From: a virus
Lineage: Duplodnaviria > Caudoviricetes
Length of the DNA: 60,626 bases
Reading direction: 5' to 3' (one strand)
IMG/VR virus record: IMGVR_UViG_3300008113_004447
Span: 1 to 60,626 of that record
In this document: positions 17,333 to 27,098 of the stretch, piece by piece
Position numbering within the stretch: position 1 is the first letter of the stretch
Layout: the number at the start of each line of letters is the position of its first letter
Program-made: the position numbers and the translations under genes
The notes under the pieces: generated by a model
What the model saw: only the letters and a program-made list of their open reading frames with translations
Database searches by the model: none
Told to the model about the DNA's origin: nothing

Positions 17333-17573
17333 AACCGGTAAAGCGAAGGGTAGATGAGAATAGACACAAAGGTGTGAGCTTCATGCTTACTCCAAACTTA
17401 CAACCATCTGAACAATGGAACGTGTTTATGTGATCCGACCCTAATAGAATGTCATTTGTTAATCGGAAATATATGGACCTCTGTGTATTGTATATTGCAC
17501 ATTGTCAAAGGAAGATTACAACCCTTCCGTTGCATATTGTCCGGTCTATTACTTGACCTTTCGTTGACCCGTT
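17333..17573 (+). ncRNA. Candidate structured ncRNA upstream of rpoZ
   Basis: 5' and 3' ends pair (gcgaagggt/acctttcgt; aatagac/gtctatt); own promoter; no ORF in track. Confidence 0.5.
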
Positions 17574-17594
17574 ATTTTTAACTTAAAGGATATC

Positions 17595-17804
17595 ATGGCT
17601 AGAATTACATCACAAAGAGCAGTTGAAGCAATCGGCGGAAACCGTTACGACCTAGTGTTGGCAGCTAGCCAGCGAGCAAGAGAATTGCGTCGCGGAGCAA
17701 CTCCAATGGTTGTATCCGACAACGGTCCAGTAGTTACTGCATTGAGAGAAATCGAACAAGGCAAGTATACTCAATTGGACTATTTAAAATCTATTAGGAG
17801 ATAA
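17595..17804 (+). CDS. rpoZ: RNA polymerase omega subunit
   Basis: MARIT...[16 protein letters not shown]...PVVTALREI. Confidence 0.9.
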   Translation: MARITSQRAVEAIGGNRYDLVLAASQRARELRRGATPMVVSDNGPVVTALREIEQGKYTQLDYLKSIRR

Positions 17805-17805
17805 A

Positions 17806-18378
17806 ATGAATATTTCGTTACGCAAGGCAAACGTCTTGCAGAACTTGATCAATGAAGCTATTCGCAACATTAAGATCACCACCAATATTGAAATCAATGA
17901 ATTTCAAGATCCTGCAATTACATTGCAGACTGCAAACACCATGCTGTTTGAAAACGATGCACGTCGTCAAAAACTGTTGTTGGCGTTATACAACATTCGT
18001 GGACTTGTTGGCACAGCCAATGCTAGTTCAGGAATTGATTTAAAATTAGCAACTGCTGCCTTCGTGGACAAGCGTATCAATCAACTTGAAGACATTACTG
18101 CTCTTTCTCCAATGATGGAAGAACAAGTATTAGTAGGTAAGTTGGATAAGATTCGTAATCGCAAGGACGAAAGTCGTGCAAGTTTGTATGGTCGTGATGA
18201 TACGGTATCTACTAGTGTTGTAAGCCAAGAACAGATCAAAATGGCAAAAGCAGAGGTTCAAAATCTCAAGAAGCAAAAACAGAAAATCAATGATGAGATT
18301 CTTGAGCTCAACATTAAAACTGAGATTCCCCTCAGTGACGATGTAAACGAATTGCTAAAGGTCGAAGGCCTGCTGTAA
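17806..18378 (+). CDS. Hypothetical coiled-coil protein
   Basis: AGGAG RBS; 190 aa. Confidence 0.75.
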   Translation: MNISLRKANVLQNLINEAIRNIKITTNIEINEFQDPAITLQTANTMLFENDARRQKLLLALYNIRGLVGTANASSGIDLKLATAAFVDKRINQLEDITALSPMMEEQVLVGKLDKIRNRKDESRASLYGRDDTVSTSVVSQEQIKMAKAEVQNLKKQKQKINDEILELNIKTEIPLSDDVNELLKVEGLL

Positions 18379-18717
18379 TAAACCCCGCGTTAACTCAGCG
18401 TTAAAGAGTTAGGTGATGGTTGAGTTCCTTAACGACAACTTGGTACATACGGACTTACCACACAGCCCTCCTTAGGGGCCTAGGAAAAAACCGTAGGTGA
18501 GGTCTAACACCTTCCCATAAGAATAAACGTTATGGACAGAGTAACAGCTCAGTCTAGGGCTCATGTGGTGTGAGTAGCTAGACACTTTATAAAAGCTCTT
18601 TGAGCGGCTACAATGGAACTACACTGAACTTGCTATGATACCGGTCGACGCAAGAGGTGCCACGAAGAGTAGGGCCGTCAAGGATTCAAGCGCCACAGAG
18701 AGCCTCTATAAAGTTAT

Positions 18718-18793
18718 CGCGGGATGGAAAAGTTGGCATTTCGTCAGTCTCATAAGCTGAAGGTCGTCGGTTCGAATCCGGCTCCCGCAACCA
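18718..18793 (+). tRNA. tRNA-fMet(CAT) initiator-like
   Basis: C1:A72 mismatch, CAT anticodon, CCA. Confidence 0.88.
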
Positions 18794-18806
18794 ATTTGAG
18801 GACATA

Positions 18807-19556
18807 ATGTTTTTTATCAAACGTAAAAAAATAACAGTTGATTGTTTTATTAACAATCCGGCAATATATGATCTATTCAAAATTGATCATGCACACAAAT
18901 ATGCTCCTAAAGAATGGCGACAACTGCCACCGTTAGTTGATGTAAAGTCACTTCAGGACCCAAAAAGTAAAGAAACCATTCCTGTGCCAACAGCAAAGCG
19001 ATGCGTTGGTATTGTTAACTTGTTTACTACTGGGTTTATAATGCCTTGTTGGAGTGACTTCAAAATTGAAATGATGACTGATGGATTGTTTTACAAGCAC
19101 GATCCTATGAATGACTTAGATGCTAATCCTCATCCTCCGTTTATGTATTGGGATAGCCTGTACAAAGGGTTTCAACATGTAAAGATTTCTAGCCCTTGGT
19201 TAATTAAAGAAAAGACCGGTGTTAATTTTACATGGAATCAATGTACCTATAATAATACTGATCGTCACCAAACGTATCATGCACTATCAGCTGTACTTGA
19301 TTTTAAAGCACAATATAATACGCATCTAAATGTTTTCATTAAAAAAGGATCTACTGTTACTTTTAATGCAGGTGATCCTCTAGTACATTTAATTCCGTTA
19401 TCTGAAAAAGAAGTAGATGTAAAATGTCATCTAATCGACGATACAGAATATGCAAAAATGTCTAACGCATACACACGCAAAAGCATGTGGGCCGGACAGC
19501 ATAGAGCATTGCATAATCAAAAAGAAGAATCTAAATGTCCGTTTGGATTTAAGTAA
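18807..19556 (+). CDS. Hypothetical phage protein (beta-rich)
   Basis: 249 aa; KISSPW...GDPLVHLIP; ends SKCPFGFK. Confidence 0.7.
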   Translation: MFFIKRKKITVDCFINNPAIYDLFKIDHAHKYAPKEWRQLPPLVDVKSLQDPKSKETIPVPTAKRCVGIVNLFTTGFIMPCWSDFKIEMMTDGLFYKHDPMNDLDANPHPPFMYWDSLYKGFQHVKISSPWLIKEKTGVNFTWNQCTYNNTDRHQTYHALSAVLDFKAQYNTHLNVFIKKGSTVTFNAGDPLVHLIPLSEKEVDVKCHLIDDTEYAKMSNAYTRKSMWAGQHRALHNQKEESKCPFGFK

Positions 19557-19562
19557 AAAATT

Positions 19563-19639
19563 CGGAGTGTAGCGCAGTCTGGTAGCGCACCTGGTTTGGG
19601 ACCAGGGGGTCCAAGGTTCGAATCCTTGTACTCCGACCA
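19563..19639 (+). tRNA. tRNA-Pro(TGG)
   Basis: Cloverleaf, CCA. Confidence 0.93.
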
Positions 19640-19644
19640 ATAAC

Positions 19645-20238
19645 ATGATAATAATTGATAACGCATTTTCAGAAAGTATATTCAAAAAAATACAAGAAGA
19701 AATTCTTGGATTTGGATTTGATTGGCATTACGGCCGCAGAGTCAATGAAGATGACGGTTCTAATGAAAATAGTTTTTTAATTGGGTGGGTACACACTGTT
19801 GCTGACTCGGGATTAGAACAAAAATTTACTCCCGAACTGTATTCACTAATCGAGTCTGAATTATCTAAAGTATTAGCTAACAATAATGAACCCTGTGTTG
19901 AAATAGGCAGGGTAAGAATAATTTGTAATACAACTGCAGATAAGTCATATATCACACAACCACATGTTGATTTTGATAATACTCATCAAACAGTTTTGTT
20001 ATACATAAATGATGCCGACGGTGATACTATTATATACAATGAAAAATTCAAGCCGGGATTGGGTATTGGTTCAGTGCAACTATGCAAGTCTATCAAACAC
20101 AAATTAACAGTTAAAGCAGAGATTACACCAAAGGCAAATAGATTAGTTATTTTCAATGGATTACATTATCATAGTGGTACTACTCCGACAGAATCAGATC
20201 GTCGTGTAGTCATGAATATCAACTACAAACAGAAGTAA
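19645..20238 (+). CDS. 2OG-Fe(II) oxygenase
   Basis: PHVD...LLYINDADGDT...NRLVIFNGLHYH...RVVMNIN. Confidence 0.85.
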   Translation: MIIIDNAFSESIFKKIQEEILGFGFDWHYGRRVNEDDGSNENSFLIGWVHTVADSGLEQKFTPELYSLIESELSKVLANNNEPCVEIGRVRIICNTTADKSYITQPHVDFDNTHQTVLLYINDADGDTIIYNEKFKPGLGIGSVQLCKSIKHKLTVKAEITPKANRLVIFNGLHYHSGTTPTESDRRVVMNINYKQK

Positions 20239-20257
20239 GATTAAATAAAAGAACAAT

Positions 20258-20331
20258 GCGGGGTTAGTTTAATGGTAAAACAGCAGATTTCCAATCTTCG
20301 GTCGAGAGTTCGATTCTCTCACTCCGCTCCA
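20258..20331 (+). tRNA. tRNA-Gly(TCC)
   Basis: Cloverleaf, U73, CCA. Confidence 0.88.
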
Positions 20332-20344
20332 TACAAAGGACACA

Positions 20345-20962
20345 ATGAGCACTGAACATTATTATGGCAACTTTCCTAATTTGGGATTTGTAGGCGCTAC
20401 GCTGTCCGAAGAAGAAGTAAGTACTATCAAAGCAGAAATTGCAGACATACAGGCCAACTTTGACACTGCTGAACAAATACATCACAGTCATGCTGGCAAT
20501 ATCAAAAAAGAATACACACTGACAAAATCGCTGCCTGCAATCTTCGATGCAGTAGTTCCGCTAGTAACAGAATATCAAAAGGTTTTTGATTTTGGGTTGA
20601 AAGGTGAGCACCAGTATGCTATTTCTACAGCATGGGTTAACTTTCAAATTAAGCATGAATTCTTTACCGGACACACTCATCAAGGCTTGTTCAGTTTCGC
20701 TCTTTGGGTACAAGTGCCATACACTATTGCGGAAGAACAAGAATACTGTTCAACTCAAGACAAATATATTAACACTATACCTTCATTTAATTTCCATTAT
20801 ACAGATGCGCTAGGACGTATTCGTCCTTGGGTTATTCCAGTAGATTCTACCTTTGAAAATAAAATTGTAGTATTTCCCGGCCCAATGACCCATTCAGTCA
20901 ATCCGTTTTACAGTTCAGATGGATATCGTATTGCTGTATCGGGAAATATTGACTATGCCTGA
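20345..20962 (+). CDS. Putative 2OG-Fe(II) oxygenase
   Basis: WVNFQ...HTH.GLFSF...FPGPMTHSVNPF...RIAVSGN. Confidence 0.8.
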   Translation: MSTEHYYGNFPNLGFVGATLSEEEVSTIKAEIADIQANFDTAEQIHHSHAGNIKKEYTLTKSLPAIFDAVVPLVTEYQKVFDFGLKGEHQYAISTAWVNFQIKHEFFTGHTHQGLFSFALWVQVPYTIAEEQEYCSTQDKYINTIPSFNFHYTDALGRIRPWVIPVDSTFENKIVVFPGPMTHSVNPFYSSDGYRIAVSGNIDYA

Positions 20963-21533
20963 TACTGTTATCGATTCTAACGATGTTTTTCGCAAGTTTG
21001 ATTTTAGTTCCACGATTACAGAGCAAGACAATCAAACAGCAATAGATATTGTTAAACAGATAATTGCCGCTGGCAACTATTTTAAAAATAGTCCACCATA
21101 CCAGACACAAGAAAATATCTTCAGCAGACCCGAAGCTGTTTGGTTAAAGTATCGAATGAGTTTCTTATTCAGTGTATTCATGTATTTGGGCCGCGAGGTT
21201 CGAGTATCTGAAATGATGGCTTGGTCATTTATGACCAATTTAGATACAGTAGAAAATCGAGATACATATTGGCACAATCATTGGCACCCAAAAAATCCAG
21301 ATAGTAAAATGATGAGTGGTATTATGTATTTGCATATTCCGCAAGATGTTAAGAATCGAGATACTTGCGGTACTGAAATGGCTCCTAACGGACCAGACGG
21401 TGACGAAAAGTTTTTTGTACGTCCTAGTGATTACACTTGGTTAATTTATCCTAGTGATCAATGGCATAGGCCAGGCATAGTTCAGAGTGCCGATTATAGA
21501 TTTATTATTGCGGCGGATATAGAATATCAATAA
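20955..21533 (+). CDS. Putative 2OG-Fe(II)/cupin-fold oxygenase
   Basis: WHNH...MSGIMYL...YPSDQWHRPG...RFIIAAD. Confidence 0.7.
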   Translation: MPDTVIDSNDVFRKFDFSSTITEQDNQTAIDIVKQIIAAGNYFKNSPPYQTQENIFSRPEAVWLKYRMSFLFSVFMYLGREVRVSEMMAWSFMTNLDTVENRDTYWHNHWHPKNPDSKMMSGIMYLHIPQDVKNRDTCGTEMAPNGPDGDEKFFVRPSDYTWLIYPSDQWHRPGIVQSADYRFIIAADIEYQ

Positions 21534-21537
21534 TTCT

Positions 21538-21612
21538 CTGGCGTTAGTATAATGGATAATACAGTAGCCTTCTAAGCTATCAATAGAGGTTCGATTCCTC
21601 TACGCCGGACCA
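21538..21612 (+). tRNA. tRNA-Arg(TCT)
   Basis: Cloverleaf, CCA. Confidence 0.9.
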
Positions 21613-21619
21613 GTATTAT

Positions 21620-21695
<76 letters not shown>

Positions 21696-21728
21696 ATTTA
21701 TTAGTAAATAATATACCGATATCCCCAC

Positions 21729-21757
21729 TTGACACACACGCAAAATGATGCTATAAT
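21729..21757 (+). promoter_or_regulatory. Sigma70-type promoter
   Basis: TTGACA-17 nt-TATAAT. Confidence 0.85.
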
Positions 21758-21793
21758 ATTTAATGTAAAAACATAAAGTTGAAGGAAGAATGT

Positions 21794-22045
21794 ATGATTA
21801 AAGAATACGAAAGCATTCAAGGTGACAATTTAGAAGAAGCCGACATGGCTCAATTGCTGTCAGTGACTGCTAACGCAGATGCGGTAGCACGAGTTCGGGC
21901 TGCTATTCCAACAGGCCCCAGTCAAAGTCACTGTGACGAATGCGGTGAAGAGATTCCTTTAGCAAGACAACAGGCACTACGTGGTTGCAAGACCTGTATT
22001 GATTGCCAAAATTTATTAGATAGACTTAAGAAAAATTACGGGTAA
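21794..22045 (+). CDS. DksA/TraR C4 zinc-finger protein
   Basis: EEADMA...HCDECGEEIPLARQQALRGCKTCIDCQ. Confidence 0.88.
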   Translation: MIKEYESIQGDNLEEADMAQLLSVTANADAVARVRAAIPTGPSQSHCDECGEEIPLARQQALRGCKTCIDCQNLLDRLKKNYG

Positions 22046-22116
22046 GCCTGTGGCATCTATGCAACACCCCGTTGATTTTGGTTGACGGGGTTTCTTTTTG
22101 GTGTTACAATAGACAA

Positions 22117-22317
22117 ATGATAGAAGTAAAAAGCAAAACAAAAACACAAGAATTTGAAACATTAGCCCTGGCAATGGCATGGGCTAAAGTAACTGGAGAA
22201 TTTGTTACTATTCAAGTTAATGGAATGGAACTTGTAGGCAAGTTTGGGGCAGACAGCATTGTTGACGGCAAATGCCCAGACGGTGTTGATTATACTTGGA
22301 AAAAACGAAGAATTTAA
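22117..22317 (+). CDS. Hypothetical protein, probably leaderless
   Basis: ATG 6 nt after TTGACG-17 nt-TACAAT. Confidence 0.65.
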   Translation: MIEVKSKTKTQEFETLALAMAWAKVTGEFVTIQVNGMELVGKFGADSIVDGKCPDGVDYTWKKRRI

Positions 22318-22333
22318 AAGAATAGGGGGCATT

Positions 22334-22939
22334 ATGCCAGCAGTATTTTTAGTAAGCGATACACACTTTGGTCACTCGGGTGTTTGCCGCTTTACCGAAG
22401 CAGACGGAGTAACAAAAATTCGCCCGTGGACTGATCCAGACGAAATGGACGAAGCCATGATTGCCGCTTGGAACGATCGCGTTCGACCCAACGACAAAGT
22501 CTACCACTTGGGTGATGTTGTTATCAATCGTAAAAGTTTAAAAACTTTAGCACGTTTAAACGGAGACAAAGTGTTGATCCGAGGTAACCATGACATTTTT
22601 CGAGACGACGAGTACCGCGAATACTTCCGAGAATTACGTGCTTACCATGTTATGAATGGAATGATTTTAAGTCATATTCCCTTGCACGAAGCAAGTTTAG
22701 GTCGTTTCGGTGTTAACATCCACGGACACTTACACACAAATCGTGTGTTGAAAGCTCGTGGTGTTGATGCTAAAACAGGTGCTACATTATACAGTGACGA
22801 AATCGATGTTAGGTATCATTGCGTATGTGTGGAACAAATCCCAGACTTTGCACCTATTTTGTTTGAAGATGTTATCAAACGCATCGAAGCAGAAGGTGGT
22901 GTAGTAGGCTTTAAGAACGGTAATGGACCTACAATGTAG
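22334..22939 (+). CDS. Calcineurin-like phosphoesterase
   Basis: SDTHFGH, YHLGD, GNHD, SHIP, HGHLH. Confidence 0.9.
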   Translation: MPAVFLVSDTHFGHSGVCRFTEADGVTKIRPWTDPDEMDEAMIAAWNDRVRPNDKVYHLGDVVINRKSLKTLARLNGDKVLIRGNHDIFRDDEYREYFRELRAYHVMNGMILSHIPLHEASLGRFGVNIHGHLHTNRVLKARGVDAKTGATLYSDEIDVRYHCVCVEQIPDFAPILFEDVIKRIEAEGGVVGFKNGNGPTM

Positions 22940-22942
22940 TAC

Positions 22943-22972
22943 AAGATAGGGCTCTTAGAGCCCTATCTTTTT
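22943..22972 (+). terminator. Intrinsic terminator
   Basis: aagatagggctc-tta-gagccctatctt followed by T run. Confidence 0.85.
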
Positions 22973-23045
22973 GACTGTTTTTTCTAGGTTTATATGTTGA
23001 GCACCGGCATAAATACAACATAATTGAAAAATCAGGAGTGCTAGA

Positions 23046-24713
23046 ATGCCTTTACAATTACGAAGAGGACTCGCGAGTCAAAGAGCAAGCAAAACCTATG
23101 CTTCCGGTGAACTTGTCTATATTACAGATACCGGGGCCTTGTACATAGGTAATGGAGTAACCGCGGGCGGTGTGGCCATTGCTAATCTTCCCCAACAAGA
23201 TATTAAAGATTTTACTGCTGCCATGTTTACTGGCGGCTCTCACACTGGCATTACATTTAGTTATAACAGCACAACAAAACTAGTTAGTGCAGCCGTAGAT
23301 ATAGAAATTTCAAACTACGCAGGAACTATTAGAGCAGACGCATTCAAAGGTACATTAGTTGGCGAAGATTCTACAATTTTAGTTGATGCACTTGCTGGAA
23401 AAATTAATCTAAGCGGAACTGTTCAAGGTCATATTATTCCTAATGCTACTGAAACGTATGACTTAGGTAGTTCATCTTACAAATTTAGAGATTTGTATCT
23501 AAGCGGGTCTAGCATCAAACTTGGCGGAGCAACAATTACAGCTTCGGGTTCAGCAGTTAATTTACCTGCCGGGTCAACTGTAAACGGTGTAGTAATCGGT
23601 ACAGGCACTAGTACCGGCGACGGCGTCATTGCAGGCATGAATTACAATATTAATATTGTAGGTGATGACAGTACGTTGATGTTAAATGCTCGAACAAGAA
23701 CTATAACAGCAGCCGGTGGATTCGTTGGTGATCTAAGTGGTAATACATTCGGTAATGCCAGTACTGCAACTACGTTACAAAATACCAGAACAATCAATAG
23801 TGTAAACTTTAACGGTAGTGCCAATATATCAATTAATACTTTAATTAACGGTTTAAATGATATTTCATTAGAATCTAATGGCAATTTAACACTAGCCGAC
23901 GGTGTAGAAATCACATCTTCTACTTCTGGTGCTATATCATACATAAAAGCTGCTCCTACAAAGAATATTGGCATTACCACTTACGACTCGACAATTGGTG
24001 TTTCAGCAAAATTAACAGGTGTCGACATATATACATTCGGTAGTTCTACTACTAGAACATGGTCGTTTGGAAACAATGGTATATTGACGTTACCTGGTAA
24101 CGGAACAATTTCTTCCGCTGGCGGCCTTGTTAATATTCCAGCCGGATCTACAATTGGTGGCGTGGCTATTAGCACAGCTACCCAAGTTAGTTTAGGTGAT
24201 TATACATTCACTAATAGTACTATTAATATTGGTACCGCTACGTCAACGTTGACTAGCAGTAATTCTGAACCTTTTGAGATTAAAACATTAACCACAGGCT
24301 CCTCTGGTGGCATGCCTTTCTATGGTATTAAAGCATCCAAAGGAACTGTTGCTGTTCCAACAACAACTGCGGCGAGTGACAAACTTGGCGGTTTTAATAT
24401 ACAGGGCTATGCTGTTAATGCTTTTAAATCTGCCGCAACATTCTTTGCAGAATGGGAATCTACTGCGACCCTAAGCGACGATAACCCAGGATCTAAATTA
24501 TCTATTGTTACTGGAAATAATGCCGGTGGTGTCAATATACTAACCTACGACAGCAAAGGAGTTTTATCTGCTCCAATTTTCAAAGCAACAAGTTATGCTA
24601 CTGGAAGTTTACCGACAAGCCCAGTCGCAGGATGGATTGTATACGATTCAACTACTAATGAGTTTAAAGGCTATAGAGGTGGTGGTTCAGCTGGTTGGGT
24701 AGTACTAGGTTAA
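23046..24713 (+). CDS. Tail-fibre-like virion protein
   Basis: N-terminal LQLRRG...GELVY..D...LYIG.G.T.GG; Gly/Ser/Thr-rich; internal repeats; late-type TAAATA upstream. Confidence 0.75.
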   Translation: MPLQLRRGLASQRASKTYASGELVYITDTGALYIGNGVTAGGVAIANLPQQDIKDFTAAMFTGGSHTGITFSYNSTTKLVSAAVDIEISNYAGTIRADAFKGTLVGEDSTILVDALAGKINLSGTVQGHIIPNATETYDLGSSSYKFRDLYLSGSSIKLGGATITASGSAVNLPAGSTVNGVVIGTGTSTGDGVIAGMNYNINIVGDDSTLMLNARTRTITAAGGFVGDLSGNTFGNASTATTLQNTRTINSVNFNGSANISINTLINGLNDISLESNGNLTLADGVEITSSTSGAISYIKAAPTKNIGITTYDSTIGVSAKLTGVDIYTFGSSTTRTWSFGNNGILTLPGNGTISSAGGLVNIPAGSTIGGVAISTATQVSLGDYTFTNSTINIGTATSTLTSSNSEPFEIKTLTTGSSGGMPFYGIKASKGTVAVPTTTAASDKLGGFNIQGYAVNAFKSAATFFAEWESTATLSDDNPGSKLSIVTGNNAGGVNILTYDSKGVLSAPIFKATSYATGSLPTSPVAGWIVYDSTTNEFKGYRGGGSAGWVVLG

Positions 24714-25318
24714 CGATAGTAACAATGCTCGGGGATGATTTTATCCTCGAACCATTTGTAATCAACTTCCCCAAATACACGCATAGTAATTCGAGTCCCT
24801 AGACCTTTAGGGACTCTGTGTTTTATAGAATCGTTTAATAACATAGCATTACCAGGGATAGATACGTACTCGTTTAATTTTTCACTCCAAACTTCACACC
24901 ATGTGTTAGCCGTAGAGGGAATAATACTCAACCCTAAAGTATGCAGATGATCGTCACTATTATCCCAATCTGTGTGTTCGACACACGGAACATCTGGAAA
25001 GTATACAACACGCACAGCAGTTAACTTTTGAAAAGGTAACGATTCAAGTATAGACTGTGTATACGGTATTTCCAAGTTGCACCATTCATATGAATCAATA
25101 GTTCCGGACTTGGCACCCCTATAACTATACTCAATAGGGGCTGTGCTATTGCGTAAAAATAATGAATACGCAGTAACCTCTTCTTTAGACCCTCGTTCTG
25201 CAGGATATGAAAATGGTACACATTTATCCGAGTGCATGGCCGCTAATAACTCCTGAGACATTTTTTTGTAATCGATGTCCAAATTTAATCCAGCGGCTAT
25301 TATGTTTTTATAATCCAT
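24710..25318 (-). CDS. Putative Fe(II)/2OG hydroxylase-like protein
   Basis: EHTD...LLNDSIKHRV...RITMR. Confidence 0.6.
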   Translation of the reverse strand: MDYKNIIAAGLNLDIDYKKMSQELLAAMHSDKCVPFSYPAERGSKEEVTAYSLFLRNSTAPIEYSYRGAKSGTIDSYEWCNLEIPYTQSILESLPFQKLTAVRVVYFPDVPCVEHTDWDNSDDHLHTLGLSIIPSTANTWCEVWSEKLNEYVSIPGNAMLLNDSIKHRVPKGLGTRITMRVFGEVDYKWFEDKIIPEHCYYR

Positions 25319-25374
25319 GAATTATTTAGTGGTGGTCCATTACTAGTGATATATAATAGATAAAAGGATACTAT

Positions 25375-26232
25375 ATGAATTATCATCTGCACGAAAACGG
25401 TTGGACTATTATTTTAGACGACGTGGATCTCAAAACAATCAGTCAAGATGAAATTAACCAAATATCTAAATTGTTATCTACTAACACATGTGTGGTTGTT
25501 AAAAAACAATTCTTAACTGTAACTGAAGAATTAAGAGTTATAAACATGTTTAAGAATCCAGAGCCTCTTTATAAACCAACTGATTTTGATTTTATTCATA
25601 GTGCTGCAGATTTAACGCAAGATCCAACAGGAGTCATCTGTCGTGTGTCAGGAGCATTAAACGATCACGGAATGGAAGGCATTGCCGGATATGTTGACGA
25701 GATGACATGGCATTGTAATCACCCTTATCGTGCAGATCGTAGACCAGTCGTTTGGCTCTATGGCGTAAAAGGAACAGTCGGGTCTCGTACCAGTTGGAAT
25801 AATAATATTATGACGTACCGTGACCTTGATCAAAGTATGAAGGATTTATTAGCTGATGTAAAAATTATTGCTAAAAAAGGAATGAATCACTGTGCTAGAC
25901 TAGATGCCGAGGAAGGCGGTGGCGAAGCTGTAGAAGATTTTACTCCTAATATTGTTCATACAAATATTGCAGGTATCAAGGGTTTGTATTTTCCGTTTTT
26001 ACAAATTGACAGATTTAAAGACTGGTCTGTAGAAGAAAGTCAAAAAATTATTAAACCCCTAACTGAATTCACAACCCAAGAAAAATATTGTTATCACCAT
26101 GATTGGGAAGATGGCGATCTTGTTCTTAGCGAGCAGTGGCTAGGAATACACAAACGGTGGCGATTTGAAGGGATTAAAAATAGGTTAGTACACAGGGCCG
26201 TAATGGATTTTCCTGATCAAAATTATCAATAA
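25375..26232 (+). CDS. TauD/TfdA-family dioxygenase (paralog 1)
   Basis: WHCN...YHHDWEDGDLVLSEQWLGIHKR...RLVHR. Confidence 0.8.
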   Translation: MNYHLHENGWTIILDDVDLKTISQDEINQISKLLSTNTCVVVKKQFLTVTEELRVINMFKNPEPLYKPTDFDFIHSAADLTQDPTGVICRVSGALNDHGMEGIAGYVDEMTWHCNHPYRADRRPVVWLYGVKGTVGSRTSWNNNIMTYRDLDQSMKDLLADVKIIAKKGMNHCARLDAEEGGGEAVEDFTPNIVHTNIAGIKGLYFPFLQIDRFKDWSVEESQKIIKPLTEFTTQEKYCYHHDWEDGDLVLSEQWLGIHKRWRFEGIKNRLVHRAVMDFPDQNYQ

Positions 26233-26234
26233 CA

Positions 26235-27098
26235 ATGAAGTACACACTAGACAAAAACGGTTGGACTGTTTTAATAGATTTTGATTTAAAAACAGCCACA
26301 CAAGAAGACATCAATCAAATAGCGTTGTTGTTAAACACTAATACTCTAGTGGTTGCTAAAAAACAAAACTTATCTTTAGAAGAACAGTTACGCATTACTA
26401 AAATGTTTAAAGATCCTGTATTTCTAGATCCAGAGTTTCATCCAGATAGTCAAAGCATAGTTGTACCAAACACCGATGGACTGTTTCTTAGAGTTGGCGG
26501 AGTCGAGGACGAACATGGTGTACCTGGTATTGCCGAAAGCGTTGCCGAAGTAATATGGCATAGTGATCCGCATTGGCCTAATCTTGAATGTATGCTGCTT
26601 ATGATAATTGCAAATTATGGAACGAACAATTCAACTACTAGCTGGTGCAACAATTTATTGGCTTATTCAGAGTTAGATCAAGATACTAAAAATTCACTAG
26701 ATGGGCTATCTGCTATATTGTTAACTGGAATAGATTTTAATAAAGATCTTCAGTTTGTTGACGAGTACGGACTACCGAGGCCTCCAAGTTCAGGATTAAA
26801 TCAATCCGGCATTAAGGTTGTTCAATCTAATCTATCCGGGCAAAAAGGTTTATATTTCCCATTTAACCAATTGCACGGGTTTGAAGGAATGTCAGAAGCA
26901 GATAGTAAAGCTCTAATTAAAAAAGTTTCTGATCATATTACACAAGAAAAATACTGTTATCATCACACATGGGATGACGGCGATGTTGTTTTTACAGATC
27001 AAAGATTTGGTCTACATAAACGGCATCATTGCAATCATATTAAACAACGATCATTGCAGAGATCGGTTTTTAATTATCCGGATCAGGAATATCAATGA
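26235..27098 (+). CDS. TauD/TfdA-family dioxygenase (paralog 2)
   Basis: WHSD...YHHTWDDGDVVFTDQRFGLHKR. Confidence 0.82.
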   Translation: MKYTLDKNGWTVLIDFDLKTATQEDINQIALLLNTNTLVVAKKQNLSLEEQLRITKMFKDPVFLDPEFHPDSQSIVVPNTDGLFLRVGGVEDEHGVPGIAESVAEVIWHSDPHWPNLECMLLMIIANYGTNNSTTSWCNNLLAYSELDQDTKNSLDGLSAILLTGIDFNKDLQFVDEYGLPRPPSSGLNQSGIKVVQSNLSGQKGLYFPFNQLHGFEGMSEADSKALIKKVSDHITQEKYCYHHTWDDGDVVFTDQRFGLHKRHHCNHIKQRSLQRSVFNYPDQEYQ

